Part shown: piece by piece, positions 1-5,647 of the stretch
How the letters are laid out: each line of letters starts with the position of its first letter
Numbering within the stretch: the first letter of the stretch is position 1
IMG/VR virus record: IMGVR_UViG_2534682252_000030
Direction: 5' to 3' (one strand)
DNA length: 5,871 bases
DNA from: a virus
Taxonomy: Duplodnaviria; Heunggongvirae; Uroviricota; Caudoviricetes
Notes under the pieces: generated by a model
What the model was told of the DNA's origin: nothing
Database searches by the model: none
Seen by the model: the letters and a program-made list of their open reading frames with translations, nothing else
Made by a program: the position numbers and the translations under genes

Positions 1-461
1 GATCATCGCTTCAGTTCCTGTATCAGCAGAGTCAGGAGCTTTTCGCTGACATTGCCATTGAAGCGGAGCGTCCCGTGCCGGAACGTTACCTCACAGCTGA
101 TACTGAGGGTTTCCGGGTCCTCTGCGAGCGATTCTGGCTGTTCGGCAGCTGCGTCGAGAGTCACAGGAAGTAGCTGGGGGCTCTCTGAAGAAGGTAATAG
201 CAGCTTTCCCTCGCGCCATTGTTGTCGCCATTTGAACAACAGATTGGCGTTAATGCCATTTTCAAGAGCAAGTTTTGAGATGGATATCCCGGGTTCACAG
301 GAGGCAGCAACGAGCTGCTGTTTAAATTCGGGAGGATAATTAGGGCAGCCTTTTCGCCTGCCGGGAGTCACATTTTTCTGCATATCTGATACTTTGGTTC
401 CCACTACTTATTTGGTGGACACCACTTTGTCTAATTCGTCAGATTCTGACCAGACGGTTCA
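1..461 (-). mobile_element. Inner end of an IS66-family-like insertion sequence; element continues past window start, exact terminus not resolvable (between 384 and 461)
   Basis: tnpA-like ORF at 3-383 replaces the expected large-terminase gene directly after a truncated Nu1-like ORF. The minus-strand sequence at the junction begins TGAACCG, and its TGA is the stop codon of the truncated ORF. No canonical IS66 GTAAGCG-type end was seen and the other end is outside the window. Confidence 0.4.
3..383 (-). CDS. IS66-family TnpA-like (orf1) accessory transposase protein; ATG at 383 preferred over the GTG at 404 used by the ORF track
   Basis: Translation MQKNVTPGRRKGCPNYPPEFKQQLVAASCEPGISISKLALENGINANLLFKWRQQW has the HTH pattern of IS orfA proteins. 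The C-terminus CEVTFRHGTLRFNGNVSEKLLTLLIQELKR resembles the conserved C-terminal block of IS66 TnpA as I recall it. No obvious Shine-Dalgarno sequence. Confidence 0.55.
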   Translation of the reverse strand: MQKNVTPGRRKGCPNYPPEFKQQLVAASCEPGISISKLALENGINANLLFKWRQQWREGKLLLPSSESPQLLPVTLDAAAEQPESLAEDPETLSISCEVTFRHGTLRFNGNVSEKLLTLLIQELKR

Positions 462-734
462 GGCTGTACGCTTTTTTAACTGCTGTGTAACAGCCTGTTC
501 TGCTGTCAGTTCCCATCTGGCAATAAGCAATTTCTCCTCATAGTCGTCTTCGCTATCGCCATCAGGCACATCGTTTTTACTTCTCCTCAGATACGATATG
601 TAAAAATCGCGCCAGGCATCCAGATCCAGTTGCCCTCGCTTATTCGATATCGGGGCACCCGGCAATTTCTGCAATCTGCGAAGCTGGCGATCGGTCAGAC
701 TTAAATGCCTGGCAACTTCAGTCTGCGTAGCCAC
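459..734 (-). CDS. Terminase small subunit, Nu1-like, N-terminal ~91 codons only (truncated; likely pseudogene)
   Basis: Starts about 195 bp from cosN, as lambda nu1 does. Has an N-terminal HTH-like segment (VARHLSLTDRQLRRLQ) and a C-terminal stretch ELTAEQAVTQQLKK resembling lambda Nu1 RLTRAQADAQELKN near residue 90-100. GTG start preceded by GAGGTGAGGA. Lambda Nu1 is 181 aa; this ORF stops at the IS junction. Confidence 0.55.
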   Translation of the reverse strand: MATQTEVARHLSLTDRQLRRLQKLPGAPISNKRGQLDLDAWRDFYISYLRRSKNDVPDGDSEDDYEEKLLIARWELTAEQAVTQQLKKRTA

Positions 735-774
735 TCCTCACCTCGCAAAAACTCTCACCTCACAATCACAACAA

Positions 775-880
775 AACCGGTCATGTCCGGTTTACATGTC
801 TGTTTTTTGTTCATGTCCGGTTCACAGAAGACCTGTTTTTATATTTTTCATATAGTTAACTTGAAGAGAAACCGGACATG
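775..880. repeat. cosB-like terminase-binding repeat set: 11-mer AACCGGACATG or its complement at 782-792, 812-822 and inverted at 870-880, plus a 1-mismatch copy at 775-785; AT-rich spacer 823-868 is a possible IHF/bending site
   Basis: Three exact copies of CATGTCCGGTT / AACCGGACATG lie between cosN and the Nu1-like start, two in one orientation and one inverted, with an AT-rich segment between. This mirrors the R3-I1-R2-R1 layout of lambda cosB but with a different sequence. Confidence 0.5.
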
Positions 881-917
881 GATCCCGGAAAATTTTCATA
901 AATAGCGAAAACCCGCG

Positions 918-929
918 AGGTCGCCGCCC
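918..929 (-). other. cosN: 12-nt cohesive-end sequence GGGCGGCGACCT (minus strand), lambda-type
   Basis: Minus strand 929 to 885 reads GGGCGGCGACCTCGCGGGTTTTCGCTATTTATGAAAATTTTCCGG, matching the lambda left end as I remember it. The other side (930-975) matches the lambda right end ...TGATAATAATTATCATTT.GCGGGTCCTTTCCGGCGATCCGACAGGTTACG. Confidence 0.85.
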
Positions 930-980
930 CGTAACCTGTCGGATCGCCGGAAAGGACCCGCAAAATGATAATAATTATCA
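930..980 (-). other. cosQ-side segment (lambda right-end-like sequence adjoining cosN)
   Basis: Reverse complement of 930-975 matches the lambda right-terminal sequence from memory. Confidence 0.6.
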
Positions 981-1128
981 TCTACATGTCACAACGTGCA
1001 TCTACGCCATCAAACCACGTCAAATAATTAATTATGACGCAGGTATCGTATTAATTGATCTGCATCAACTTAACGTAAAAACAACTTCAGACAATACAAA
1101 TCAGCGACACTGAATACGGGGCAACCTC

Positions 1129-1353
1129 ATGTCAACGAAGAACAGAACCCGCAGAACAACAACCCGCAACATCCGCTTTCCTAACCAAATGATTGAACAA
1201 ATTAACATCGCTCTTGATCAGAAAGGTTCAGGTAATTTTTCAGCGTGGGTTATTGAAGCCTGCAGAAGAAGATTAATTAATGAAAAACATGCTCAATTTG
1301 TACCCAACAAAGACAAACACGACCAGAGCACCTGTTCAGACAGGTTTACTTAA
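1129..1353 (+). CDS. Small ribbon-helix-helix-like DNA-binding protein, YlcI/YnfO (DUF3950)-like prophage protein, 74 aa
   Basis: Complete ORF with ATG. RNIRFPNQMIEQINIALDQ...NFSAWVIEACRRRL fits a beta-strand/helix/helix Arc-MetJ pattern. The N-terminus MSTKNRTRRTTTRNIRFPNQMIEQINIAL matches my recollection of the K-12 DLP12/Qin YlcI/YnfO proteins. Followed by an intrinsic terminator. Confidence 0.55.
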   Translation: MSTKNRTRRTTTRNIRFPNQMIEQINIALDQKGSGNFSAWVIEACRRRLINEKHAQFVPNKDKHDQSTCSDRFT

Positions 1354-1372
1354 ACGACTTATATATGACACA

Positions 1373-1397
1373 AAAAGCGACCACTAAAGTCGCTTTT
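1373..1397. terminator. Bidirectional rho-independent terminator between convergent genes
   Basis: Stem AAAAGCGAC (1373-1381), loop CACTAAA, stem GTCGCTTTT (1389-1397). A-run on one side and T-run on the other. Lies between the stop at 1353 (+) and the stop at 1435 (-). Confidence 0.7.
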
Positions 1398-1434
1398 TCT
1401 TATGGTAACAGGCAATAACGCTCACAGATATTTT

Positions 1435-1749
1435 TTAGCATTTTTTTGTACCGCGCGTTTCCGGACGTATTCTGTTCTCCTGTCCCTTTATATCGTCGGA
1501 ATACCCGCCGCTCTTCAAATCCCATTCCCAACTCAGAATGTAGTCTGTTGACCGCTTGTTTATTTCTGTCAGGTTCATCGGTGAAACCGGAGTCCGGCGC
1601 GCCTTACGCAAACACTCTGCTCGTTTCTGTGCCGCCACTTTTCTTTTCTGGTCATCACTTAGCTGTACCATCACTTTTGCCCATCGTTCAGCTGCTCTCC
1701 GGTACAGTCCTTTTTTCTCCAGACATTCTGCCAGGTGATCATGTAGCAT
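1435..1749 (-). CDS. PerC-family-like transcriptional activator (Pch-like), 104 aa; assignment by motif memory
   Basis: ATG at 1749 with GGAGG 7 nt upstream. N-terminal motif AECLEKKGLYRRAAERW resembles the conserved PerC-family block. Lysine/arginine-rich. Sits in the moron position between Rz and cos, behind a 460-bp AT-rich region. Confidence 0.45.
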   Translation of the reverse strand: MLHDHLAECLEKKGLYRRAAERWAKVMVQLSDDQKRKVAAQKRAECLRKARRTPVSPMNLTEINKRSTDYILSWEWDLKSGGYSDDIKGQENRIRPETRGTKKC

Positions 1750-2213
1750 AAGTGACCTCCGATTATCTACAGACTGCTATCCTGAATTTACCTTCCTTTA
1801 ATGAAATAACAATAAAAAATAAATCACAGAAAAACAACAAAACAACACACAAAAAAACCAAATAATAAACCCAAATAATCACCTTATTTTATTATTTTTT
1901 GAGAGAGCTATTACTGAACAAAAAACGCTGACTATATACTCAAAACCAAACAACTATTCTGCCAATCAGGTATAATGGCAACACAAGGAATTACCGTGTT
2001 TTTGCCTTCTCTGCCCATACAATACGGACATATACTTCATACTCTATTGTAATATTTCCATCCATGCGAACAACTTCATTTATCTGTAAATAATATTCAA
2101 AATATTTATCACAGAAATCGTTTTTGGCCATGAACTGAGCACACTATAAAGTCCGGAACTGACTCTTTGTTAAATTACCTTAACGTTACCAGTAACACCT
2201 TCATAACAAAACA

Positions 2214-2681
2214 TCACGGTATACACTGGGTACGGATATATTCCTGTGCTCCTTCCAGTTGCTTCTGCATTGCCATCAGCCGTTCTCTGAGGATGAAATA
2301 ATCCCGTTCAGCGGCTTCTGCCAGTCGGGGACCGGTTGCATTATCCACGCCGGAGGTGATGGGGGCTTTACGCAAGGAGCCTGGACAGTTGGCGTTGATG
2401 CGCAGGCGCTTACGACCAGCGGCAACATCAGCACGCAGAGTTTCATTTTCAGCTCTCGCATCGGCTAATTCCCTCGAGTATCTGGCATCAAGTGCAGCGA
2501 CATCACGCTGGCGTACCTGCATATCAGTAATTGTCACGTTCGCCAGCTTCAGCTCACTGGCTTTTTTATCGCGTTGCGCTTTGTAGGTAATGGCGTTATC
2601 GCGGTAATGATTCAGCCCCAGACTAAGCACACCACAGGCTACCAGCAGGACAATAATCACCACACACAGAACACGGTTCAT
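2214..2681 (-). CDS. Rz: Rz i-spanin (inner-membrane spanin subunit), 155 aa
   Basis: MNRVL...[45 protein letters not shown]...[20 protein letters not shown] aligns along its length with lambda Rz. N-terminal TM segment present. Confidence 0.9.
   Translation of the reverse strand: MNRVLCVVIIVLLVACGVLSLGLNHYRDNAITYKAQRDKKASELKLANVTITDMQVRQRDVAALDARYSRELADARAENETLRADVAAGRKRLRINANCPGSLRKAPITSGVDNATGPRLAEAAERDYFILRERLMAMQKQLEGAQEYIRTQCIP
2276..2461 (-). CDS. Rz1: Rz1 o-spanin lipoprotein, embedded in the +1 frame of Rz
   Basis: [20 protein letters not shown]...[32 protein letters not shown] matches lambda Rz1, including the lipobox (VVSAC) and proline-rich core. True start may be the internal Met at about 2446. 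Confidence 0.85.
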   Translation of the reverse strand: MRELKMKLCVLMLPLVVSACASTPTVQAPCVKPPSPPAWIMQPVPDWQKPLNGIISSSENG

Positions 2682-2688
2682 ATCCCCC

Positions 2689-2820
2689 TCACCCCACCAG
2701 CCATGACAAAGTTAAGACGCGCCAGGCAGTGGAAAAGCAAATAGCAACCAGCATTAGTGAAAATGAAATGCCGACGATTACACAGAGGATCTTCGCCAGC
2801 GTTATGAGCTTGTCTGACAT
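2689..2820 (-). CDS. Small hydrophobic membrane protein, 43 aa, unknown function
   Basis: ATG at 2820 preceded by AGAGGA. Translation [43 protein letters not shown] is almost entirely a TM helix. Its TGA stop overlaps the Shine-Dalgarno of Rz. It is in the same frame as the upstream 60-aa ORF, separated only by TGA plus 12 nt. Confidence 0.45.
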   Translation of the reverse strand: MSDKLITLAKILCVIVGISFSLMLVAICFSTAWRVLTLSWLVG

Positions 2821-2832
2821 GCTTAATCCTCT

Positions 2833-3015
2833 TCACGATTTCAACGCAATGACCAGTTTTGCCAGCCCATACAGCATCGGAGACACAGCAATACCGACCG
2901 CCACCCACTTAATAGCAAAAGCCAGCGCTCTGCTGACGTCATCAGTTACAGGCGCTTTCAGTTCAAGGCCGTTTTTCATAGTCAATCTCAACAGAATTCG
3001 TTTATACTTTCCCAT
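2833..3015 (-). CDS. Small tail-anchored membrane protein, 60 aa, unknown function
   Basis: ATG at 3015 with AGGGAG 5 nt upstream. MGKYKRILLRLTMKNGLELKAPVTDDVSRALAFAIKWVAVGIAVSPMLYGLAKLVIALKS has a basic N-terminus and a C-terminal TM helix. The 86-aa form in the ORF track starts at a GTG inside a terminator hairpin and is less likely. Confidence 0.45.
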   Translation of the reverse strand: MGKYKRILLRLTMKNGLELKAPVTDDVSRALAFAIKWVAVGIAVSPMLYGLAKLVIALKS

Positions 3016-3049
3016 GTTCTCCCTTGCCTTACTCAAGGTCAGAAACACA

Positions 3050-3080
3050 AAACCCCGTTTGCGGCCAACAAACGGGGTTT
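3050..3080. terminator. Intrinsic terminator hairpin between the endolysin gene and the small membrane-protein ORFs (bidirectional in form)
   Basis: Perfect 12-bp stem AAACCCCGTTTG (3050-3061) / CAAACGGGGTTT (3069-3080) with loop CGGCCAA. T-rich tract follows on both strands. Confidence 0.7.
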
Positions 3081-3170
3081 TACTTTTATTCACTTAGTTT
3101 TTGCCAGTTCGCAGGATTTCGTGTTATCCGCCAGTGTGAGCAAACCGCATTTTTCAGCAAAATATTCTGC

Positions 3171-3704
3171 TTATCTGTCAATTCCCCAGCACGCCAGCGC
3201 GCTCTCCTGGTCACGCCGTGAAACCTGACCGTAGCAGTTGTTTGAGCGAATACGGCAGTCTCTGCCACCGTCCTTAATCCACCAGCGAATCGCCTCACAC
3301 GCTCCCCTGCGATCACCTGCATTAATTCGTCTGTAAAACGTCGACGGGAAACACTTACCGGGACCAATGTTGTACGGACAGAATGACGCGATCCCCGCTT
3401 TCTGGGGTTCGGTCAGCGGTACTTTAATATTGCGCTCCACCCACTCCAGCGCCTTATCACGTTCAATGGCGTTAACCTGGTCGCATTTTTCCTTCGACAA
3501 CTTCATGCCCGGAACGACAGGTTTACCATCCACCAGGATGGCACCGCGGCAGATGGTCCAGATACCCGCACCATCACGGTATGCCGTGGTGTGGTTACCT
3601 TCTTTTTCGTCAAGAAACTGGTCGAGGATTTCAGGCGCAGACGCCCCTGCACCAATCAGCGCCAGAACGGCAGCCGACAGGCCGTATCTGATTTTTGCGT
3701 TCAT
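3171..3704 (-). CDS. R: Phage lysozyme (GH24, T4-lysozyme-like) with N-terminal signal-anchor-release-type segment; RrrQ-like, 177 aa
   Basis: Intact ORF. N-terminal weakly hydrophobic Gly/Ala-rich segment YGLSAAVLALIGAGASA. Catalytic E-x8-D-x5-T motif in EGNHTTAYRDGAGIWT. Close to my recollection of the K-12 Qin prophage lysozyme. Confidence 0.85.
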   Translation of the reverse strand: MNAKIRYGLSAAVLALIGAGASAPEILDQFLDEKEGNHTTAYRDGAGIWTICRGAILVDGKPVVPGMKLSKEKCDQVNAIERDKALEWVERNIKVPLTEPQKAGIASFCPYNIGPGKCFPSTFYRRINAGDRRGACEAIRWWIKDGGRDCRIRSNNCYGQVSRRDQESALACWGIDR

Positions 3705-3754
3705 GGATATTTATCAGGGTTTATCGATTTCAAATCCCTGGATATGTTAAGTCT

Positions 3755-4098
3755 TCAGGCCAGCGGTGGAGTCTTCAGAGAACCCGTAATTATTCCCGGT
3801 AGTTTTCCTCTGTAGGTTATCAACACATCCTGCGCCTCTAAAATTACGGGACGCTTTTCCGGTAACGGACCATCCCCTTCACATAACCCGGCAGCAACAT
3901 CCATGAAAAACTGCTTCGCCTGCTTTTTCGCCTCAGCTTCGTAAAACTCCAGCGTGGCACCTTCAGTACGGTCAAGACTAATCGCCACATCTGGCAACAA
4001 CAGTGACGGATACCCACCAATTTCCGGTGCCACAGTAACAGTAATCTTATCCGGGTAATTATTTATCCCTTTAACACCCAGTTCGTATTTTTCTTCAT
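3755..4098 (-). pseudogene. YdfR-like (DUF1327-like) small protein gene between holin and endolysin, disrupted by an apparent 1-nt deletion in an A5 run
   Basis: ATG at 4098 with GGGGGGAG 7 nt upstream opens MKKNTNWVLKG then stops. One extra A in the A-run (4088-4092) would join it to the long open frame MKKKYELGVKGINNYPDKITVTVAPEIGGYPSLLLPD...TPPLA ending at 3755. The track ORF 3755-4033 is the GTG-initiated tail of that frame. Family name is from memory of Qin gene order (essQ-ydfR-rrrQ). Confidence 0.45.
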
Positions 4099-4102
4099 CG
4101 CT

Positions 4103-4306
4103 TTACTCCCCCCGCGCCGCCTTACGACGGTCCTCTCTGATTTTGAAATACAGGTTAGTCAGATACGTCAGCAGGCCAAACAGCAGACTCCCAGCACACC
4201 GATTGCCACCCACTGGACGGAGAGACTTTGTCCAGCAGCTGCAGTAACCAGTATCCCGTCCCACCGCTGACGTGGTGTATGACACACCTGTTGTGATTTT
4301 TTCCAT
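4103..4306 (-). pseudogene. S: Class II pinholin (S21 / EssD-like) gene carrying three apparent single-nucleotide deletions
   Basis: The annotated frame gives [16 protein letters not shown]...[28 protein letters not shown], with a holin-like N- and C-terminus but a scrambled middle. The holin-like middle appears in the other two frames: [14 protein letters not shown], then QWVAIGVLG. Frame switches fall near 4260-4267, 4215-4218 and 4190-4192, each in a G or C run. Confidence 0.7.
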
Positions 4307-4351
4307 CTGATGTATGTCTCCGTCACCGCCGACAGAAAATGAAAGTAAAGG

Positions 4352-4386
4352 AAAACAAAAAGCCGCCAGTGTCGCCCACTGACGGC
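4352..4386 (-). terminator. tR'-like intrinsic terminator upstream of the holin gene (site expected for Q-dependent antitermination)
   Basis: On the minus strand: 10-bp stem GCCGTCAGTG / CACTGGCGGC (one G-U pair), loop GGCGA, then TTTTTGTTTTCC. Lies 46 bp upstream of the holin ATG. Confidence 0.6.
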
Positions 4387-4464
4387 CAACGCCGGGAGCC
4401 GTGATTATGGCATTCAGGCTCTGCTAAAAATGCCAGATAACATTCCGGCTCCCCCCCCTGATTC

Positions 4465-4493
4465 AGGTTATAAATGACACAATATCTTGACAA
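4465..4493 (-). promoter_or_regulatory. Candidate late promoter (pR'-like): -35 TTGTCA, 17-bp spacer, -10 TAACCT on the minus strand
   Basis: Position is right relative to the tR'-like terminator and holin gene, and the -10 hexamer fits TAnnnT. The motif match is weak and no Q-binding site can be defined by eye. Confidence 0.25.
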
Positions 4494-4568
4494 CACCCAT
4501 CACTGTCTGTCAGAAAATGTACTGCCAGATATAAGTATCATGTGAAACCCAACTATCCTTCTTAGCCA

Positions 4569-4571
4569 GTA
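4569..4571. repeat. Target-site duplication GTA (left copy) of the IS3-family element
   Basis: GTA directly flanks both ends of the element (4569-4571 and 5645-5647). IS3-family elements make 3-bp duplications. Confidence 0.7.
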
Positions 4572-4596
4572 TGAACCGCCCCGGAAATCCTGGAGA
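4572..4596 (+). repeat. IS left inverted repeat (IRL)
   Basis: TGAACCGCCCCGGAAATCCTGGAGA; matches the reverse complement of the right end at 22/25 positions. Confidence 0.8.
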
Positions 4597-4625
4597 CTAA
4601 ACTCCCTGAGAAAGAGGTAAACAGG

Positions 4626-4952
4626 ATGACTAAAAATACTCGTTTTTCCCCCGAAGTCCGTCAGCGGGCGATTCGTATGGTTCTGGAAAGTCAGGATGAA
4701 TATGACTCACAGTGGGCGGCAATTTGTTCCATTGCCCCAAAGATTGGCTGTACGCCGGAGACTCTGCGTGTCTGGGTTCGCCAGCATGAGCGGGATACCG
4801 GGGGCGGTGATGGTGGGCTCACCAGCGCTGAACGTCAGCGTCTGAAAGAGCTGGAACGTGAAAATCGTGAACTGCGCCGCAGTAACGATATCCTTCGCCA
4901 GGCTTCCGCTTATTTTGCGAAGGCGGAGTTCGACCGCCTCTGGAAAAAATGA
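4626..4952 (+). CDS. IS3-family transposase OrfA (HTH / leucine-zipper DNA-binding component), 108 aa
   Basis: [22 protein letters not shown]...[34 protein letters not shown] is a typical IS629-group OrfA. SD-like GAGG upstream. Confidence 0.85.
   Translation: MTKNTRFSPEVRQRAIRMVLESQDEYDSQWAAICSIAPKIGCTPETLRVWVRQHERDTGGGDGGLTSAERQRLKELERENRELRRSNDILRQASAYFAKAEFDRLWKK
4943..4949 (+). other. Candidate -1 programmed frameshift site (A-run) at the orfA/orfB overlap
   Basis: A6 run 4944-4949 directly before the orfA stop TGA (4950-4952), with orfB in the -1 frame starting ATGATG at 4949. IS3-family transposases are normally made as an OrfAB fusion by -1 frameshifting on an A-rich heptamer. Confidence 0.5.
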
Positions 4953-5602
4953 TGCCACTGCTGGATAAGCTGCGTGAGCAGTACGGGGTCGGACCGGTAT
5001 GCAGCGAACTGCATATTGCCCCGTCAACGTATTACCATTGTCAGCAACAGCGACATCATCCGGATAAACGCAGTGCCCGTGCGCAGCACGACGACTGGCT
5101 GAAGAGAGAGATACAGCGCGTATACGATGAAAATCATCAGGTGTACGGTGTGCGTAAAGTCTGGCGTCAGTTGTTACGGGAAGGAATCAGGGTGGCCAGA
5201 TGTACAGTGGCACGTCTCATGGCGGTTATGGGACTTGCCGGTGTTCTCCGGGGTAAATGGGCCCGTCGTCCGTCTGGCACCATCCATCACAGCGATAAAG
5301 GCTCTCAGTATGTGTCACTGGCCTATACGGAGCGACTAAAAGAAGCCGGATTACTGGCATCAACAGGGAGTACAGGCGACTCGTATGACAACGCGATGGC
5401 TGAGAGCATCAATGGTCTTTACAAAGCGGAGGTAATACACCGTAAGAGCTGGAAAAACCGTGCAGAAGTGGAACTGGCCACACTAACGTGGGTGGACTGG
5501 TATAACAATCGACGATTGCTGGGAAGGCTGGGCCATACTCCTCCGGCAGAAGCAGAAAAAGCTTATTATGCTTCCATCGGAAACGATGATCTGGCAGCCT
5601 GA
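4949..5602 (+). CDS. IS3-family transposase OrfB (DDE catalytic component) with an in-frame internal deletion of about 75-80 codons; probably catalytically dead
   Basis: 217 aa versus roughly 290 aa for IS3-family OrfB. Only about 11 residues separate GVLRGK from HHSDKGSQY (second catalytic Asp), where full-length proteins carry about 80 residues including the first Asp (D.TY motif). Downstream [15 protein letters not shown] block is intact. Junction near 5255-5260. Confidence 0.75.
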   Translation: MMPLLDKLREQYGVGPVCSELHIAPSTYYHCQQQRHHPDKRSARAQHDDWLKREIQRVYDENHQVYGVRKVWRQLLREGIRVARCTVARLMAVMGLAGVLRGKWARRPSGTIHHSDKGSQYVSLAYTERLKEAGLLASTGSTGDSYDNAMAESINGLYKAEVIHRKSWKNRAEVELATLTWVDWYNNRRLLGRLGHTPPAEAEKAYYASIGNDDLAA

Positions 5603-5619
5603 GTTCACAGATAAAACAC

Positions 5620-5644
5620 TCTCCAGGAAACCCGGGGCGGTTCA
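5620..5644 (-). repeat. IS right inverted repeat (IRR)
   Basis: Reverse complement reads TGAACCGCCCCGGGTTTCCTGGAGA. Confidence 0.8.
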
Positions 5645-5647
5645 GTA
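5645..5647. repeat. Target-site duplication GTA (right copy)
   Basis: Identical to 4569-4571, immediately abutting the IS end. Confidence 0.7.

Larger units (their letters stand above)
4572..5644 (+). mobile_element. IS3-family insertion sequence, IS629/IS1203-like, internally deleted (1073 bp; canonical IS629 is about 1.3 kb by recollection)
   Basis: Ends are imperfect inverted repeats: TGAACCGCCCCGGAAATCCTGGAGA (4572-4596) and reverse complement of 5620-5644, TGAACCGCCCCGGGTTTCCTGGAGA (22/25 identical). Contains overlapping orfA/orfB with an A6 run at the overlap and 3-bp GTA direct repeats. Confidence 0.85.

Noticed and set aside
52-339. Plus-strand 95-aa ORF
   Set aside because: Lies antisense to the tnpA-like gene; Ser/Cys-rich composition with no recognisable motif. 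Likely a shadow ORF.
705-905. Plus-strand 66-aa ORF
   Set aside because: Spans the cosB repeats and runs up to cosN; non-coding terminase-binding DNA is the better explanation.
1446-1751. Plus-strand 101-aa and 60-aa ORFs (1446-1751, 1556-1738)
   Set aside because: Antisense to the better-supported minus-strand gene, which has a GGAGG Shine-Dalgarno and a conserved motif.
1750-2213. Possible CRISPR array, tRNA or other structured RNA in the AT-rich region
   Set aside because: No regular direct repeats, no tRNA-like cloverleaf and no convincing promoter-terminator pair were seen; only low-complexity A-rich sequence. A small RNA cannot be excluded without expression data.
2259-2586. Plus-strand ORFs overlapping Rz (2259-2468, 2356-2586)
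   Set aside because: Antisense to Rz/Rz1, which align convincingly with lambda spanins.
2678-3097. ORFs 2678-2908 (-), 2729-3097 (+), and the 86-aa form of 2833-3093
   Set aside because: 2678-2908 is Cys-rich and out of frame with the SD-supported small ORFs. 2729-3097 is antisense and would have the terminator hairpin inside its 3' end. The 86-aa form starts at a GTG inside the hairpin, so the internal ATG at 3015 is preferred.
3024-3815. ORFs overlapping the endolysin gene (3024-3221, 3086-3367, 3367-3750, 3591-3815)
   Set aside because: Alternative-frame or antisense ORFs across a gene with an intact lysozyme catalytic motif.
4168-4389. 73-aa minus-strand ORF
   Set aside because: An artefact of the holin frameshifts: it contains the holin-like QWVAIGVLG segment in a shifted frame and its N-terminus runs through the tR'-like terminator.
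4707-5339. ORFs 4707-5027 (-) and 5127-5339 (+) inside the IS
   Set aside because: Antisense or alternative-frame ORFs within the transposase genes.
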